The notes under the pieces were generated by a model. That model was given only the letters and a program-made list of their open reading frames with translations. It was not told the origin of the DNA and ran no database searches. This document shows positions 37,014 through 45,753 of a stretch of 64,000 nt of DNA, in pieces. Origin of the DNA: a virus (lineage: Duplodnaviria > Heunggongvirae > Uroviricota > Caudoviricetes); IMG/VR virus record IMGVR_UViG_3300028887_000066, positions 243,550 through 307,549 of that record; one strand, written 5' to 3'. Each line of letters opens with the position of its first letter. Position 1 is the first letter of the stretch. The translations under genes were made by a program, and so were the position numbers.

Positions 37014-37847
37014 TTATATTCGATCGGGTATAAATTTGACAATCTTACCGTTTTCTATTGTAAATAATTGTTTACAGTCAAGACAGGCAAAATACTTATC
37101 GATTATTGGCTCCGCAAGTTTATCCGTATACCCATTTGCATATATTTCTTTTTCCATTTCGTATGAAATACGCTGTGAATGCCCGAAAACTTGATACCAC
37201 CCTCTGAATTCATAACTATAGGGTGTTAGCTCATCCCAATGCGCCCAAATAAACGAGCCATACGGATAACGCCCGCCGCGTGATCTCGATACTGTACCAA
37301 GTGGGGCGATAATACTGTCAATATTATCTGACAATGCCTTATTTAGTGTATCGGCAATATCAGGAATATTAGCAGGCTTTTTGAATATTTTTGGGAGTTT
37401 GTCGTACTTTTGCCGTGTATTAACGTATTCTATCCATTTTTTCAATAAACAACTGTGAGAAAATAAGAATTTCTGCCCATCCTGTTCAGTGTACCATATT
37501 AGACTAAACTTCGACATGTTTTCATGAAACATTGCCCTGATGTCGTCAAGATGTTTATAATCAGTACGACAAGCAGGCATATCGTCGCTTATATAGGGGC
37601 CGAAATCGTGATTTCCTAACAATAATAGCACATTATCAGGAAATTTGTCCTTAAAATCAAGTATTTCTTCAAAATTGGCTATAGCATCTTCTTTTGTTAT
37701 ACCTTCCCAAGGATATGGATCCAAATAATCCCCAAGAAAAACCACAAACGCATTAGAATGTTCTTTAACATATTCTACCACAGGTTTCCAAAATGTGCGG
37801 CCATGTACATCAGGGACTATAATTATCTTTCTTTCTTTACTGTTCAT
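37014..37847 (-). CDS. calcineurin-like metallophosphoesterase (PPP/ApaH-lambda phosphatase-like)
   Basis: VPDVHG, FLGDYLD and GNHD motifs. Confidence 0.85.
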   Translation of the reverse strand: MNSKERKIIIVPDVHGRTFWKPVVEYVKEHSNAFVVFLGDYLDPYPWEGITKEDAIANFEEILDFKDKFPDNVLLLLGNHDFGPYISDDMPACRTDYKHLDDIRAMFHENMSKFSLIWYTEQDGQKFLFSHSCLLKKWIEYVNTRQKYDKLPKIFKKPANIPDIADTLNKALSDNIDSIIAPLGTVSRSRGGRYPYGSFIWAHWDELTPYSYEFRGWYQVFGHSQRISYEMEKEIYANGYTDKLAEPIIDKYFACLDCKQLFTIENGKIVKFIPDRI

Positions 37848-38676
37848 TATTTAAATTATATTTTTTCTTCAATATTTCCAAAGCCTTCAAAGCTTCATCT
37901 GTTTTTTCGTTTACCCTCCAATAATAATCAAGGTTATATGGTCTATTATTCCCATTATCGGCGCATACTCCACGGAATTTTCTATAGATAAATTCTTCCA
38001 ATGATTTAGTAACGTAATGCTTCAGTTTTACGTTATTGTATGAATAAACCCTGTTAAATGGTGATTGAGGGCTTATTTCCTGAAAATCTGCATTATAGGT
38101 TTTTCCCCTCGTAAGGCAATTATGTGGATTACCAATATAAAATCCTTCCCCTTTAACAAAGGATTTAATATGTACGTTTTCATCATCACCCGCCCAAAAC
38201 CTTATCTTCTTTTTCACAGGTTCAGGAAACCTTTCAATTACAGGTGCTTTCTCATAATAGTATTTTCCGTTATCCCCATATGTCTCCCAATTGACAAATA
38301 CGGCAGTGGCATCCGTACAATTCTTTTCTACAGCTTCAAAATAGTCAGAAACATTAGAATATTTTTCATGATTAAAATCAAAATACTCATCACAATCTAT
38401 CACACCTATCCAATCGTATTCATTTTTTTTAGCGAATGCATTGAGAAACATATTATATGCCGTCAATTGAAACGTCTTGGCCCCTTTGAAATTCGGGAGA
38501 ACTGATACTTTACCTTCAGTAATCCTACTTTTCAATGGTTCAATTATGGAAATGTCTTCTTTATCGTTATTATCAAATATCCAAATTTTATGAAACCCGA
38601 TATTCAAATGATAATCGACCCAATCTCGTATTGTCAAATTCTCATTTTTCGCCACACATAATAAATCTACCTTCAT
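37837..38676 (-). CDS. putative GT-A fold glycosyltransferase
   Basis: N-terminal DWVDYHLNIGFHKIWIFDNN plus a DxD-like IDCDEY; family uncertain. Confidence 0.5.
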   Translation of the reverse strand: MKVDLLCVAKNENLTIRDWVDYHLNIGFHKIWIFDNNDKEDISIIEPLKSRITEGKVSVLPNFKGAKTFQLTAYNMFLNAFAKKNEYDWIGVIDCDEYFDFNHEKYSNVSDYFEAVEKNCTDATAVFVNWETYGDNGKYYYEKAPVIERFPEPVKKKIRFWAGDDENVHIKSFVKGEGFYIGNPHNCLTRGKTYNADFQEISPQSPFNRVYSYNNVKLKHYVTKSLEEFIYRKFRGVCADNGNNRPYNLDYYWRVNEKTDEALKALEILKKKYNLNNEQ

Positions 38677-38681
38677 AATCG

Positions 38682-39479
38682 TCAGTCATATTGTTTGTAA
38701 TCATCGGCTTTAAGCCCGTATTTTTCATATAGCGGCCAATGATAATTATCGGCATTTTTCGCCTGAATAGCTAAATTCTTTTTTACATAGGCGCGTCTTA
38801 TTCCTAATATACTGCCTTCCGTATAATGCCTTACTAAGCTTTCATCAGTCGGCCCAAAGTCATTTTCCTGAAATGATGTTAAAAATGTCAATGCATTCTG
38901 ATCAAGGCTATACATCCCAGCACTCCAATTAGCGTCTAACGTTTCATCATATGAATAATAATATTCATTTATCTTTTTTGTCACGTTAGCTTCTATAATT
39001 TTATGCTTTTCTATCGTAGGGCATATCTTGTCAAAAAGAACGATGTTGTAACCAACAGGAAAATTAAGCAATGCACCTTTTATGTAATCCAATGAATACA
39101 AAAAACGCATATCATCCTCAAAACAGATTATCCTTTTGTATTCGAATAATTTTGCGTCTTGATGTATCATATAGTGGTTAAATGCTGCGTCCATTGCGTA
39201 TGCCAATTTCGGGGCCTCCCTATTCCAAAATATCGGCATAACCGTCATTAGCATATTATGTTTTAAAGGGGCATCTACAGTTTTTACAATTTCAACCTTA
39301 CCTGTTTGATAAATTCCTACACGCTTGAATTCATTTAATATCTTCGTAAGTCTTTCAGGTCTTTTAGTATACCATAGAACGTAAAACCTATCAAATAAGC
39401 CATCCCATAATTTAGTAAGTTCCTCCACTTTCGTACCCATACGCAGGATAGTTTCTATATTCTGATGGCTTCGCATCAA
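38682..39479 (-). CDS. hypothetical protein (possibly GT25-like glycosyltransferase)
   Basis: ICFEDDMRF resembles the GT25 ILEDDV motif; weak. Confidence 0.3.
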   Translation of the reverse strand: MMRSHQNIETILRMGTKVEELTKLWDGLFDRFYVLWYTKRPERLTKILNEFKRVGIYQTGKVEIVKTVDAPLKHNMLMTVMPIFWNREAPKLAYAMDAAFNHYMIHQDAKLFEYKRIICFEDDMRFLYSLDYIKGALLNFPVGYNIVLFDKICPTIEKHKIIEANVTKKINEYYYSYDETLDANWSAGMYSLDQNALTFLTSFQENDFGPTDESLVRHYTEGSILGIRRAYVKKNLAIQAKNADNYHWPLYEKYGLKADDYKQYD

Positions 39480-39873
39480 TTATCTGAATATTTGCTCCGC
39501 AACGAGGACATGACACGGAACTTGCAAGACTATCGTCTTCATCATTGTCAACATCCCCTATTACCTCTGAACGCATAAAATCCGCACCCCATATGATATG
39601 ACTATTACATTGCGGGCATAAGCCATGATAACCATGTTCAGTTTTCCCTAATTCGTCATCTATGGACTCATTGTAAAATGCATAATTTTCTTTCTCTTCA
39701 TCATCACAAAGAGTAACTATTTCAATTGTCCCACAATTAGGACATCTGAATACTATGCAGTCATCATCTTCAAACGAATTATCCCTTTCTAAAATTGAAT
39801 CGCACCTCATACAACGAGGGCTATTAAATGACTTGTTTTTTACCATTACCAAAAAATAACCTATAAAATACAA
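39412..39873 (-). CDS. multi zinc-ribbon protein
   Basis: Four CxxC pairs (CMRC, CPNC, CPQC, CPRC). Confidence 0.5.
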   Translation of the reverse strand: MYFIGYFLVMVKNKSFNSPRCMRCDSILERDNSFEDDDCIVFRCPNCGTIEIVTLCDDEEKENYAFYNESIDDELGKTEHGYHGLCPQCNSHIIWGADFMRSEVIGDVDNDEDDSLASSVSCPRCGANIQIIDAKPSEYRNYPAYGYESGGTY

Positions 39874-40063
39874 AAAATAATATTGAAAAGACCATTATCA
39901 ATAATGCAGCGGCATAAGGTAATACCAATATACCAAATACCCACCACCAAGATAAGGCTATAAGCCCGCTTGTTTTCAATAACACCATAAAAACAAATAT
40001 AATGCAAGATAAAACCAATGATACTACTGCTATATTTGTTATTTTCTCATTAGCTCCGATCAT
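39824..40063 (-). CDS. small membrane protein (79 aa)
   Basis: Two hydrophobic helices. Confidence 0.4.
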   Translation of the reverse strand: MIGANEKITNIAVVSLVLSCIIFVFMVLLKTSGLIALSWWWVFGILVLPYAAALLIMVFSILFFVFYRLFFGNGKKQVI

Positions 40064-40344
40064 TTCCTAAACAATTCAATTATGAAACCACATAACGACT
40101 TACTATGGTTAATATTTTTAACAAACATTCCATCAATAACTTCTGAACCTATTGATAAACACGGGCCACCTGGCGGATCAACCGCAACTATCTCGTCTTT
40201 ATTTGTCGGGGAATACGTTAATCCCATTGTAGGTAAATCCGTGATTAGCAAATACTTATTGTCTACTATATACTTTAATTTTGCATTGATACCATCCCTG
40301 TTGTACAGTATAATATCATTACCATCCAAATATCCCAATACCAT
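40060..40344 (-). CDS. hypothetical protein (94 aa)
   Basis: ORF. Confidence 0.45.
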   Translation of the reverse strand: MVLGYLDGNDIILYNRDGINAKLKYIVDNKYLLITDLPTMGLTYSPTNKDEIVAVDPPGGPCLSIGSEVIDGMFVKNINHSKSLCGFIIELFRK

Positions 40345-40347
40345 AAA

Positions 40348-41100
40348 CTATTCCATTCTTATACACTCATATATCGAAATTCTCTCGTTTTCCTTCAATG
40401 GTAAAATAAACCTGTCGTAAAATTCCATTACCCATTCAAATTGGTTTATTGTATCTTCAAGTTCTACCCATCCAGTTTTTTCGCTAAGAAATGCATATCC
40501 CCAAAACGAAGTATTACTAAGAACATAATTCTCTCTACTACCATACGTCGAAAAATATGCCTTTCTATTTTTCATATTTTCATATATGATTTTTTCCTCC
40601 TCCGTATTTGCCTTCTTACCTTCCATTACAGAATCCCAAGCAAACTCATACGTTTCCTTATTAGCTAAATGTATCTTATCCCACGCAATTTCATTTTTTG
40701 TACAGGAAAATACCTCTTCTCCGTTTTTATTGATCAATGGAACGGCAAAATTTTTTCCTAAACGACACGAATCATATTTTCCATTAGGATTCTTATCTGA
40801 TACGGCATCACCTGTTTCCTCGTCAATGTCATACCCTTCCGTTATATCAACAAAAAAATCGACATCACTCTGTTCCTTATATATTTTCAATTGCTCTTCA
40901 GCTAATGGGTAATTAGGATCCGTAGGCTCAAGTTTCAAAAGCATCTCTTCATAGAATTTAATATATTTCTGCCTAAGTTTACCTGCATTCTTGAATTGCA
41001 ATACGGTATATTGTTCTACTTTTTTATTGGAATCATATTCCTTTATCAGTTCATCAGGATTCTCACCGACTACCACTAATGTAAAATGTCTGTTATTCAC
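40348..41100 (-). CDS. hypothetical protein (250 aa)
   Basis: ORF. Confidence 0.55.
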   Translation of the reverse strand: MNNRHFTLVVVGENPDELIKEYDSNKKVEQYTVLQFKNAGKLRQKYIKFYEEMLLKLEPTDPNYPLAEEQLKIYKEQSDVDFFVDITEGYDIDEETGDAVSDKNPNGKYDSCRLGKNFAVPLINKNGEEVFSCTKNEIAWDKIHLANKETYEFAWDSVMEGKKANTEEEKIIYENMKNRKAYFSTYGSRENYVLSNTSFWGYAFLSEKTGWVELEDTINQFEWVMEFYDRFILPLKENERISIYECIRME

Positions 41101-41130
41101 TTATTCATATTCTTTTTCAATCTATTATTT

Positions 41131-41325
41131 TTAACCCCATTGGAACACGGCCGCCCAAAACAATGCCATAATTATAACAAGGATATTCTTGATTCTTGCC
41201 TTATCCTTATCCACAGTATCCAAGCCATTTCCGTATGGGTTAATTTTTGAACTTATATATTCGGCAAACATAATATTCACCCAAAAAAATGTTGCGGCTA
41301 ATGCCACTACTAAACAAAAATACAT
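41131..41325 (-). CDS. small membrane protein (64 aa)
   Basis: Hydrophobic ORF just downstream of a promoter-like caaatata box at 41346. Confidence 0.4.
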   Translation of the reverse strand: MYFCLVVALAATFFWVNIMFAEYISSKINPYGNGLDTVDKDKARIKNILVIIMALFWAAVFQWG

Positions 41326-41396
41326 ACTTTATTTTCTTTTACTACAAATATACATTTTTTCAACCAAAAAACTATATTTCTTAAAAGAAACAGACA

Positions 41397-42227
41397 TTGA
41401 CAATGGCTAACAGCAAACATATAAAATATAAGGCAGACGGTACGCCATATTACAGCTACTATAAAAAAAAATTAGGCAGACCGAAAAAACGTGGGCCGAA
41501 ATCGAAAAAGTATATACCAGTAAAGAAGAGGAACTATCAAAAATGGGACTTCAAGATATTAAGATTCGATTTCAAGAAACAAGTGGAATATATCGGGCAG
41601 TATCATGATTATGGGGAGGTGACAGAAAAAATGAATTCCCTGCTTGAAGAAAATAAAAAAATAGAAATCCCTGTAAAATTCATAAACAATAAAAGAAAAA
41701 ATCCATCACATTATGAATATGAAGGGGAATATGTTGTCTTAAAAAGAATAAGGGATAAAAACACGCAGACAAACGAATCAATGCTCAGAGACGAATACGG
41801 GAGATTTGTAAAGCATATCACAACATCTGAAAATTGGTTTATATATGAGAAATTCCCGTATTACAAGGAAGAAACGTTTTGGGTATACGGTTATAACCCG
41901 AAAACCGACAGAAAAACAATAAAATGGATATACTCCAATTTTATTTCAAACTTCATTGAAAACACATATGATATTGTTCAAGTATATCTTTACAATAATA
42001 AAGTAATATTCAGATACCCTGAGAACAAATTAAATTTTATTATCACAAAAAATATATCGGATGGGATACGTGTCTATAACTTTTTGCAGGATAAATACAA
42101 AAAAAATAAACAAGTTATATTCACAGGTTTTATCACGAAACATTCTGACAGGACGATGGAAACAATATCCCTGCTTAAAGAAAAAACAGGATGGGACATT
42201 ACGAAAATATACAGAAGGCATACATGA
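41397..42227 (+). CDS. AT-hook (GRPKKRGPK) DNA-binding protein on the opposite strand
   Basis: Lys/Tyr-rich, with the AT-hook GRPKKRGPKSKK near the N-terminus. Confidence 0.55.
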   Translation: MTMANSKHIKYKADGTPYYSYYKKKLGRPKKRGPKSKKYIPVKKRNYQKWDFKILRFDFKKQVEYIGQYHDYGEVTEKMNSLLEENKKIEIPVKFINNKRKNPSHYEYEGEYVVLKRIRDKNTQTNESMLRDEYGRFVKHITTSENWFIYEKFPYYKEETFWVYGYNPKTDRKTIKWIYSNFISNFIENTYDIVQVYLYNNKVIFRYPENKLNFIITKNISDGIRVYNFLQDKYKKNKQVIFTGFITKHSDRTMETISLLKEKTGWDITKIYRRHT

Positions 42228-42266
42228 AATAGGCAACCGTTTTAAATACGACTGCCTATTTTCTTA
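42227..42266. terminator. bidirectional hairpin between convergent genes
   Basis: aaataggca .. tgcctattt 9-bp stem followed by a T-rich run. Confidence 0.55.
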
Positions 42267-42532
42267 TAGTTTTCCTTGTTAGAGGTTTTTATCCCGCGTA
42301 ACATCCAATCAGTAGAATAATCAAGCCTATTAGAAATCAATAGTATTATTTCACAACTTGGTAATGGAAAGCCGCCAGTTCTCTTGTCCTTATTGAAAAG
42401 CCTGTTTATTTTTGAACTGTCAGGCAAACCAAGAGATAATGAGAAACGTCGAACATTCCCCCCAAAATTTTCATCTATTATAGTCTTAATACGCCTGTTA
42501 ATATCAGGCAATTCATTCAATGCATATTTCAT
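42242..42532 (-). CDS. XRE-family helix-turn-helix transcriptional regulator
   Basis: IKTIIDENFGGNVRRFSLSLGLPDSSKINRLFN .. DWMLRG is the typical Bacteroidales HTH_XRE layout. Confidence 0.6.
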   Translation of the reverse strand: MKYALNELPDINRRIKTIIDENFGGNVRRFSLSLGLPDSSKINRLFNKDKRTGGFPLPSCEIILLISNRLDYSTDWMLRGIKTSNKENYKKIGSRI

Positions 42533-42603
42533 ATATCTTAAAAAACCTTTCCTGTTTTCTTATAATAAATAAAACATTTTTCAAAATTTTCAAGATTTGT
42601 TAA

Positions 42604-42650
42604 TAAAAAAATTGAGGCTATCAGGAAAATTCCCAATAGCCTCAAAAAAA
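42604..42650. terminator. bidirectional rho-independent terminator downstream of 42651-44006
   Basis: 10-bp stem ttgaggctat/atagcctcaa flanked by A/T runs. Confidence 0.7.
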
Positions 42651-44006
42651 TCACTCAATGGTTATACCTATCTTTTTCACGTACTCAGCAACAAGCTTTT
42701 TCATGAACTGTTCACCATTGAATCCCGCTTCAAGGAACTTGAGCAAGTATGGGCTGTATCCTGACATAAAGACGTTACCATCCTTATCCACCTCAGGACA
42801 GGTCTTATTCCTTGAATTCAGATTCCACCAAACAATTTTCGTCTTAAAGCCGTTTTGTTGGAAGATGCGCATTGTCTCGTCCTTTGACTGTTTTGAACCA
42901 CAGTCAAATTCCATGTCACTGAGGACGACCAACCACTCAGGGGCGTTTTTAGCATCAAGACCCTTCAACAGACGCATTACAGCCGCAAAATCTGTATTAC
43001 TGCAATCACCCGTGTACATCGAGGCAATTTCGCGCTCATATTGGTTCTTGCAATGGCTAAGATTCTGACGATGCGTCCTTACACCCCATCCATAAGAAGT
43101 AACCTCATTTTCGACACCAAGCTCAAGCAATTGAGGATTGGACGAGAAAGAGACCACCTTGTTAGGTGCATATGTAGAACACTTTGAAAGGTAATGCCCG
43201 ATAGCAATAGCCTTTCCATAGGAATCATTACCATCCTGCATAGAGCCTGACGAGTCGATAACAGGAATCCAACTTCCACTGATTTTCTCTATCTTGTCGA
43301 AGAAAAGATCTGGATCAATCTTAGTACGATTCTTATAGATGTCATACACGGTCGTAGTGGAAATCTTCATTTCCTTCTTGCCATCCTTGACATCGGCAAG
43401 GTACTTCTCAAAACGGGCCTTTGTATCCTCCTTTTTGAGGAAACGCTGATAATATTTGATCAACGCAAGCGAAGGAACATGCTCGAACTCAATTTCCTCT
43501 GTGTTCTTACGGGATAATTTGTTTTCCACGGTATCACACTTGATGAACTTGCCATACTGCTGCTTATTCATACCCCAATACTTTGCAATCTCACGGGCGA
43601 CCATCAGATTCTTTGAGGAATAACGTGGCATCCACTTCTTAGCAAGCTCATTACCCTTCTTGATTTCATCCTTCAAGTAATCAAGTGCCTCATTAAAAGC
43701 TGCCGTACCATGAAACATAGTCCAAACATCATCAAAACGTCCTGCCAACACCATATCAGTAATGGAGACATGCGCCTGCTTCATCAATTCACGTCCAAGG
43801 TCACGCTTTCCAAGACCGTATCGTGGGTCACGGACAAACATTGCGAATGCCTTTTCAAAAGCTGACGTACCTATACGTACCTCATCAACATGCTTCTGAA
43901 AATACTCTGTCATAAACAGCAAGTCCAACAGTGGATTCAATGTAGACTTGTAGGAAACATCACCGTTTTCTGTCAACTTCTGGTTGAAAATTTCTTCTAA
44001 ATTCAT
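42651..44006 (-). CDS. von Willebrand factor A (MIDAS) domain protein, DUF2828-like
   Basis: MIDAS motif VIDSSGSM (DxSxS) around residue 250. Confidence 0.65.
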   Translation of the reverse strand: MNLEEIFNQKLTENGDVSYKSTLNPLLDLLFMTEYFQKHVDEVRIGTSAFEKAFAMFVRDPRYGLGKRDLGRELMKQAHVSITDMVLAGRFDDVWTMFHGTAAFNEALDYLKDEIKKGNELAKKWMPRYSSKNLMVAREIAKYWGMNKQQYGKFIKCDTVENKLSRKNTEEIEFEHVPSLALIKYYQRFLKKEDTKARFEKYLADVKDGKKEMKISTTTVYDIYKNRTKIDPDLFFDKIEKISGSWIPVIDSSGSMQDGNDSYGKAIAIGHYLSKCSTYAPNKVVSFSSNPQLLELGVENEVTSYGWGVRTHRQNLSHCKNQYEREIASMYTGDCSNTDFAAVMRLLKGLDAKNAPEWLVVLSDMEFDCGSKQSKDETMRIFQQNGFKTKIVWWNLNSRNKTCPEVDKDGNVFMSGYSPYLLKFLEAGFNGEQFMKKLVAEYVKKIGITIE

Positions 44007-44047
44007 ATTCTCTGACTTTTTAGCAAGGTTATTATTTCAAATTAACA

Positions 44048-44085
44048 CTGCAAAGATACGACTATTTTTTGAATTGGCCAAATAA
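44048..44085 (-). promoter_or_regulatory. Bacteroidetes-type promoter (TTTGGCCAA..20 nt..TATCTTTG) for 42651-44006
   Basis: caaagata 44051-44058 and ttggccaaa 44075-44082. Confidence 0.65.
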
Positions 44086-44101
44086 AACGATAAAAATATT
44101 A

Positions 44102-44725
44102 TCAATCCCACCAATAATCAGTATATCGCTCCCTCACTTTGTAATATATATGTCGTGCTTTTGCCATATAATATTCATGATCATAGTTTCCGCTTTTGAA
44201 AATATTAGACTCTAACAGGGCTTTATTTAAGAAACGCTTTGCATTCCTCTTATTCACATATGGGCCGTCATAGCGATAAATTAATTTATCTGTCTTTATT
44301 TCAGAAAGACCCATATTTGAATCACCTACCTGTTTCACAGGCCCATACTCAACGTTCCCGTCATAATGGAAATAATCTGTTTCATTATTGAGTACATGAA
44401 TGCAATGTTTCGCCCATTTCAAGGAACGCATAATTTCATTATATTGCTCATCAACCATTAGCTGATGATGCTTAAACCAATGCAATTGTTTATCTATTTG
44501 CCTCTCTTCAAGCTCAAGAATGAAACCCCCATCCCAAGGATATGTCACAAACGCTTGTTTGATCAATCTCCAATGATACTTATTGAAATTACAATAGAAC
44601 CAATGATACATTGTTCTGTATGCCGACTTTGGTTTATCCCAAATGTACCATAGTATATTGTCGTCTATCCAATCACATACCTTGTTGGACTTACATTTTT
44701 TGTACCACCAATCGCTTATTTTCAT
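44102..44725 (-). CDS. Trp-rich hypothetical protein (207 aa)
   Basis: ORF. Confidence 0.55.
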   Translation of the reverse strand: MKISDWWYKKCKSNKVCDWIDDNILWYIWDKPKSAYRTMYHWFYCNFNKYHWRLIKQAFVTYPWDGGFILELEERQIDKQLHWFKHHQLMVDEQYNEIMRSLKWAKHCIHVLNNETDYFHYDGNVEYGPVKQVGDSNMGLSEIKTDKLIYRYDGPYVNKRNAKRFLNKALLESNIFKSGNYDHEYYMAKARHIYYKVRERYTDYWWD

Positions 44726-44844
44726 AAAATTTAATCTTTTTTAGTGTATGTAACGACTTTACGGCTTAATGCCACACAAACAATCACCAATCCGAGCCAA
44801 TGCCAAAAATCAGTGAAGAAAAATTCGCATAAATATTTTGCTAT
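44710..44844 (-). CDS. small hydrophobic ORF (about 44 aa) missed by the 60-aa track
   Basis: MEIAKYLCEFFFTDFWHWLGLVIVCVALSRKV..; its stop overlaps the downstream start. Confidence 0.3.
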
Positions 44845-44853
44845 TTCCATAAT

Positions 44854-45651
44854 TTATCTTTTTGGTATAATGTTCAATTGATCAAAATATTCGTTAGTAA
44901 ACAATTCAGCATAATGGGCTTTCCATATGCTCCTTTCATATGAAACAGGTTCACCTTTTATTGTCGTGTTAAATGTTTCTGTTTCCTTGTATACGATACG
45001 CCCGTACTTCTTTCCATTATCCAACGCATTCCAATCGACATCCTTCTCATTGTTCAACAATTCAATTTGTTCATCGGCTTTCAAACCCACAAGTCTTTTA
45101 TGCGGAAGATATGTCTGTGCAGTCTGTTGTTTTGAATTACGCAGACAATCGTTCTGTCGATAAAGCAACCACGCAAATACGTCATTATATGTCGGTACTG
45201 TCCATACTTTGCAATCAAATTGTACAATAGGTTCAGATGCTATGATTTGTTTCAAATCATTATTTGAACATGGGACATTACATACTCTAAGTATGTTTAA
45301 TTGATTAAACTTAGCCGTTGCCAATGACGCTATTATCGACTGCATCTTACATAGTCTGAAACCGAAAAATGAATCACTTTCAGGTGTGTCAAAATCGGTA
45401 ATTACAAGACTAATCTCATCAGACTGTACATACGCTGTCTTACAGCCCTGTATTTCCTTACAAAGATATTCAGCCGTCTCATTCATCATACGGATAAATT
45501 CATCGTCAAACGGACGTTCAAAACGCTTTTTGACAAGTTTTGAAAATGAGCGTCCATCAATATGTGCCAGTACATACGAATTTGGCGTAAGTCTATAATC
45601 ATAGATGGATTTATAATACTCCATCCTTTCCTTTAGATTATTAAATTGCAT
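44854..45651 (-). CDS. Thg1-like protein (tRNA-His guanylyltransferase family, 3'-5' nucleotide addition)
   Basis: YVLAHIDGRSFSKLVKKRFERPFDDEFIRMM .. AYVQSDEISLV .. LATAKFN match Thg1 catalytic blocks (RIDGRxF, SDE); start refined to Met at 45651. Confidence 0.8.
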   Translation of the reverse strand: MQFNNLKERMEYYKSIYDYRLTPNSYVLAHIDGRSFSKLVKKRFERPFDDEFIRMMNETAEYLCKEIQGCKTAYVQSDEISLVITDFDTPESDSFFGFRLCKMQSIIASLATAKFNQLNILRVCNVPCSNNDLKQIIASEPIVQFDCKVWTVPTYNDVFAWLLYRQNDCLRNSKQQTAQTYLPHKRLVGLKADEQIELLNNEKDVDWNALDNGKKYGRIVYKETETFNTTIKGEPVSYERSIWKAHYAELFTNEYFDQLNIIPKR

Positions 45652-45753
45652 ATGTTTTTTAATTAATACATTGCAAATATACGGCAAAAAAATAGAACCA
45701 CCAAAATATTTCATTGATGGTTCTATCCATGATTATGAAAAAAGTAAAAAACA

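Noticed and set aside
42651-44006. Ro60/Rsr-like (TROVE + vWA) RNA-binding protein with an adjacent Y-RNA
   Set aside because: The vWA MIDAS is clear, but the 240-aa N-terminal region is too short and shows no recognisable TROVE signature. No tRNA-like ncRNA is adjacent.
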